Shown piece after piece: positions 44,877 to 46,683 of a DNA stretch of 46,683 nucleotides; positions within the stretch are counted from its first letter, which is position 1; each line of letters begins with the position of its first letter. The DNA comes from Nemertoderma westbladi (lineage: Eukaryota; Animalia; Xenacoelomorpha). The stretch lies in assembly GCA_032718475.1 (NCBI GenBank), contig JAUCBJ010002163.1, positions 1 to 46,683 of the forward strand, in the 5' to 3' direction. The position numbers were made by a program, and so were the translations under genes. The notes beneath the pieces were generated by a model. The model did no database searches. It was given only the letters and a program-made list of their open reading frames with translations, and had not been told where the DNA came from.

Positions 44877-46313
44877 GAAATCAAAATTGCCAACCCTGCA
44901 TCTCAAGCACTGACATCAGTATCTGAACCACTGCAATCGGGATCGGGTAGAGATTTTCCTGCCGTCTTTCTCAGTGACAACCAATTATGTCATTGTGGCC
45001 GTACTTTAACGGATACTATGAATGAATCATCCTCATCTTCCCGATGCTTAGTTTGTGTTCAAAATGAAGAATATAACAACAGTTTAGCCATTGACCGAGT
45101 AACTGCTTCTGGTATCCAATTGAGGAGTAGATCATTGTTAAACCAACCGGATTATGGTGAATATCTTGTTAATCAAGATGCGGATTCATCTTATGAGTTT
45201 CAATCTCCAAATCCAACGCGCGAAACTCTTGCCCAACTACATGCTTCATACTATGAAGATGTTTTTCAACATCCTTCTCAACGCGAACATCCTGCCGTCT
45301 TAATTTCGGTCCATCGTGACAATGTATTCGATGATGTGATGCAGTTGTTTGGAATGCATTTGTCTGAAGAGGAAAGTATGAAGCTTAAGTTTATTGTTAG
45401 TTTCAAAGGAGAAATGGGAATTGATGACAAGGGATTAAGCAGAGAATTACTATGTTTGTTTTGGGAGGAATTTTACATTAAAGCAACCACAGGAACTGAT
45501 ATGTTGCTTCCATTAATTAGGCACGATTGGCAGGATGACACGTGGAAGGTTATTGGTCGGATCCTAGCATACGGGTATAAAGAATTCGGTTATTGGCCTA
45601 CAAAAATATCGAAAGTATTTTTTAAGTATTGCTACTTCGATGTTGGTCATGAGGAAATGTTATCTGATATGTCACCTGAAACATTTTACGGGTTTTTAAC
45701 CAAACAGCAGGTAACCATATTCGAAAATATCCGTTTGGGTTGCGATGCCTCCGAAGAAGATGTGGAAGAGATCACTGATCTGCTAGAGAAGTTCAAGTGT
45801 CGTAAAATTCCTACAAAGGAAAACATTCGTAATATATTATCGGAACTATGCTATCAGGAAATTGTCCAAAAAACGTCCTTCATTACAAAAAATATTAACC
45901 TGGCTTGTGAGAAACCATTTAGTTCCCAAAGTGAATTGGACAAAGTTTACTCTCGCCGAGCTCCATCTGTATCTGCACTTTGGAAGGTTTTCAAATTTCC
46001 AGAAAATCTAAACAATGATCAAATTGAGGCTCGGTTGTCGCTCAAAAATGTGCTTCGAGACTTCGATGAGAATATGATGTCTCTTTTCCTTCGATATGTT
46101 ACTGGAAGTAACATAATGATATGTAACACTATTAATGTGGAATTTTTCAAACGGGATCGATTTTGTGAAACAAAGGCAGCTAGAGCCATTTTCGTCCAAA
46201 CATGTGGTCCAACTCTTACATTGCCTGTTTGTTATGAGACATACATGGAAATGAAGGAAGACTTAATAAAACTTCTTCGTAACCCGCTAAGCTGGCAGTT
46301 TTCTGCACATTGA
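44877..46313 (+). CDS. HECT-domain E3 ubiquitin ligase (G2E3-like type), terminal exon (5' boundary approximate)
   Basis: VHRDNVFDD, VSFKGEMGIDDKGLSRE, VIGRIL, FLRYVTGS, TCGPTLTLP (catalytic Cys), terminal F; frame open upstream of ATG 45018 to a TAG at 44853. Confidence 0.88.
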   Translation, partial: EIKIANPASQALTSVSEPLQSGSGRDFPAVFLSDNQLCHCGRTLTDTMNESSSSSRCLVCVQNEEYNNSLAIDRVTASGIQLRSRSLLNQPDYGEYLVNQDADSSYEFQSPNPTRETLAQLHASYYEDVFQHPSQREHPAVLISVHRDNVFDDVMQLFGMHLSEEESMKLKFIVSFKGEMGIDDKGLSRELLCLFWEEFYIKATTGTDMLLPLIRHDWQDDTWKVIGRILAYGYKEFGYWPTKISKVFFKYCYFDVGHEEMLSDMSPETFYGFLTKQQVTIFENIRLGCDASEEDVEEITDLLEKFKCRKIPTKENIRNILSELCYQEIVQKTSFITKNINLACEKPFSSQSELDKVYSRRAPSVSALWKVFKFPENLNNDQIEARLSLKNVLRDFDENMMSLFLRYVTGSNIMICNTINVEFFKRDRFCETKAARAIFVQTCGPTLTLPVCYETYMEMKEDLIKLLRNPLSWQFSAH

Positions 46314-46605
46314 AACTCATACAAAATTGTTTAATATACATTGATGTTGATGTAACCTTAGTAAAATTTATTAGTATAGTTGAGATTAGACAAACTGTTT
46401 AAACTAAAAAAAACTAAAGATAATATTTGTAATAGTATAATTAATACTGAATGTTGTAGAACGTTACTACAAAAAATACACTTTTAATCAATATACTGTA
46501 TAACAGTATATAATTTAATCAATGTACTGTATAACCAAATGTTAAAACAATATATATTATACAGAGATAGTTTCACCCTTCTTTTCAGTGTTGCCCCATC
46601 TCTCT

Positions 46606-46683
46606 CTACATTAGTGATTGAACGCACTGTTTGTATAGATGAATACCGAAATTTCCATCGTCCTGAAGTGGATCAATGTTATG
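46606..46683 (-). CDS. C-terminus of a convergent gene, possibly an IS3EU-type integrase-like transposase
   Basis: HNIDPLQDDGNFGIHLYKQCVQSLM* resembles, from memory, the IDPL..D.N.GI.LY tail of eukaryotic IS3-like integrase-core proteins; only 25 residues visible. Confidence 0.4.
   Translation of the reverse strand, partial: HNIDPLQDDGNFGIHLYKQCVQSLM

Overview
Eukaryotic (invertebrate-animal-like) genomic DNA, mostly nested mobile elements. 1-7.1 kb holds the last three coding exons of an EDRF1 homologue, with a ~21-bp intronic minisatellite. 7.6-11.3 kb holds a type-I hammerhead ribozyme, MITEs, a ~203-bp tandem repeat and an orphan signal-peptide exon. 11.7-21.1 kb is a 21-bp G-rich satellite headed by the 3' end of one CRE-clade (RT-RLE) non-LTR element and interrupted by a second, 5'-truncated CRE element, whose two frameshifts look like DNA-transposon excision footprints. 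21.7-24.5 kb holds a hairpin-motif array and a truncated Penelope-like element with its hammerhead. 25.1-44.0 kb is a young, 18.8-kb BEL/Pao LTR retrotransposon (1268-bp LTRs, AATAT TSD). It carries an extra ~1417-codon ORF (DEDDy-like 3'-5' exonuclease plus Zn knuckles) and, instead of a tRNA PBS, an 11-nt PBS complementary to its own LTR transcript (Tf1-like self-priming candidate). It is inserted in the first coding exon of a HECT E3 ligase gene that probably belongs to an IS3EU-like DNA transposon. Family assignments come from motif recognition by eye; no database searches were run.
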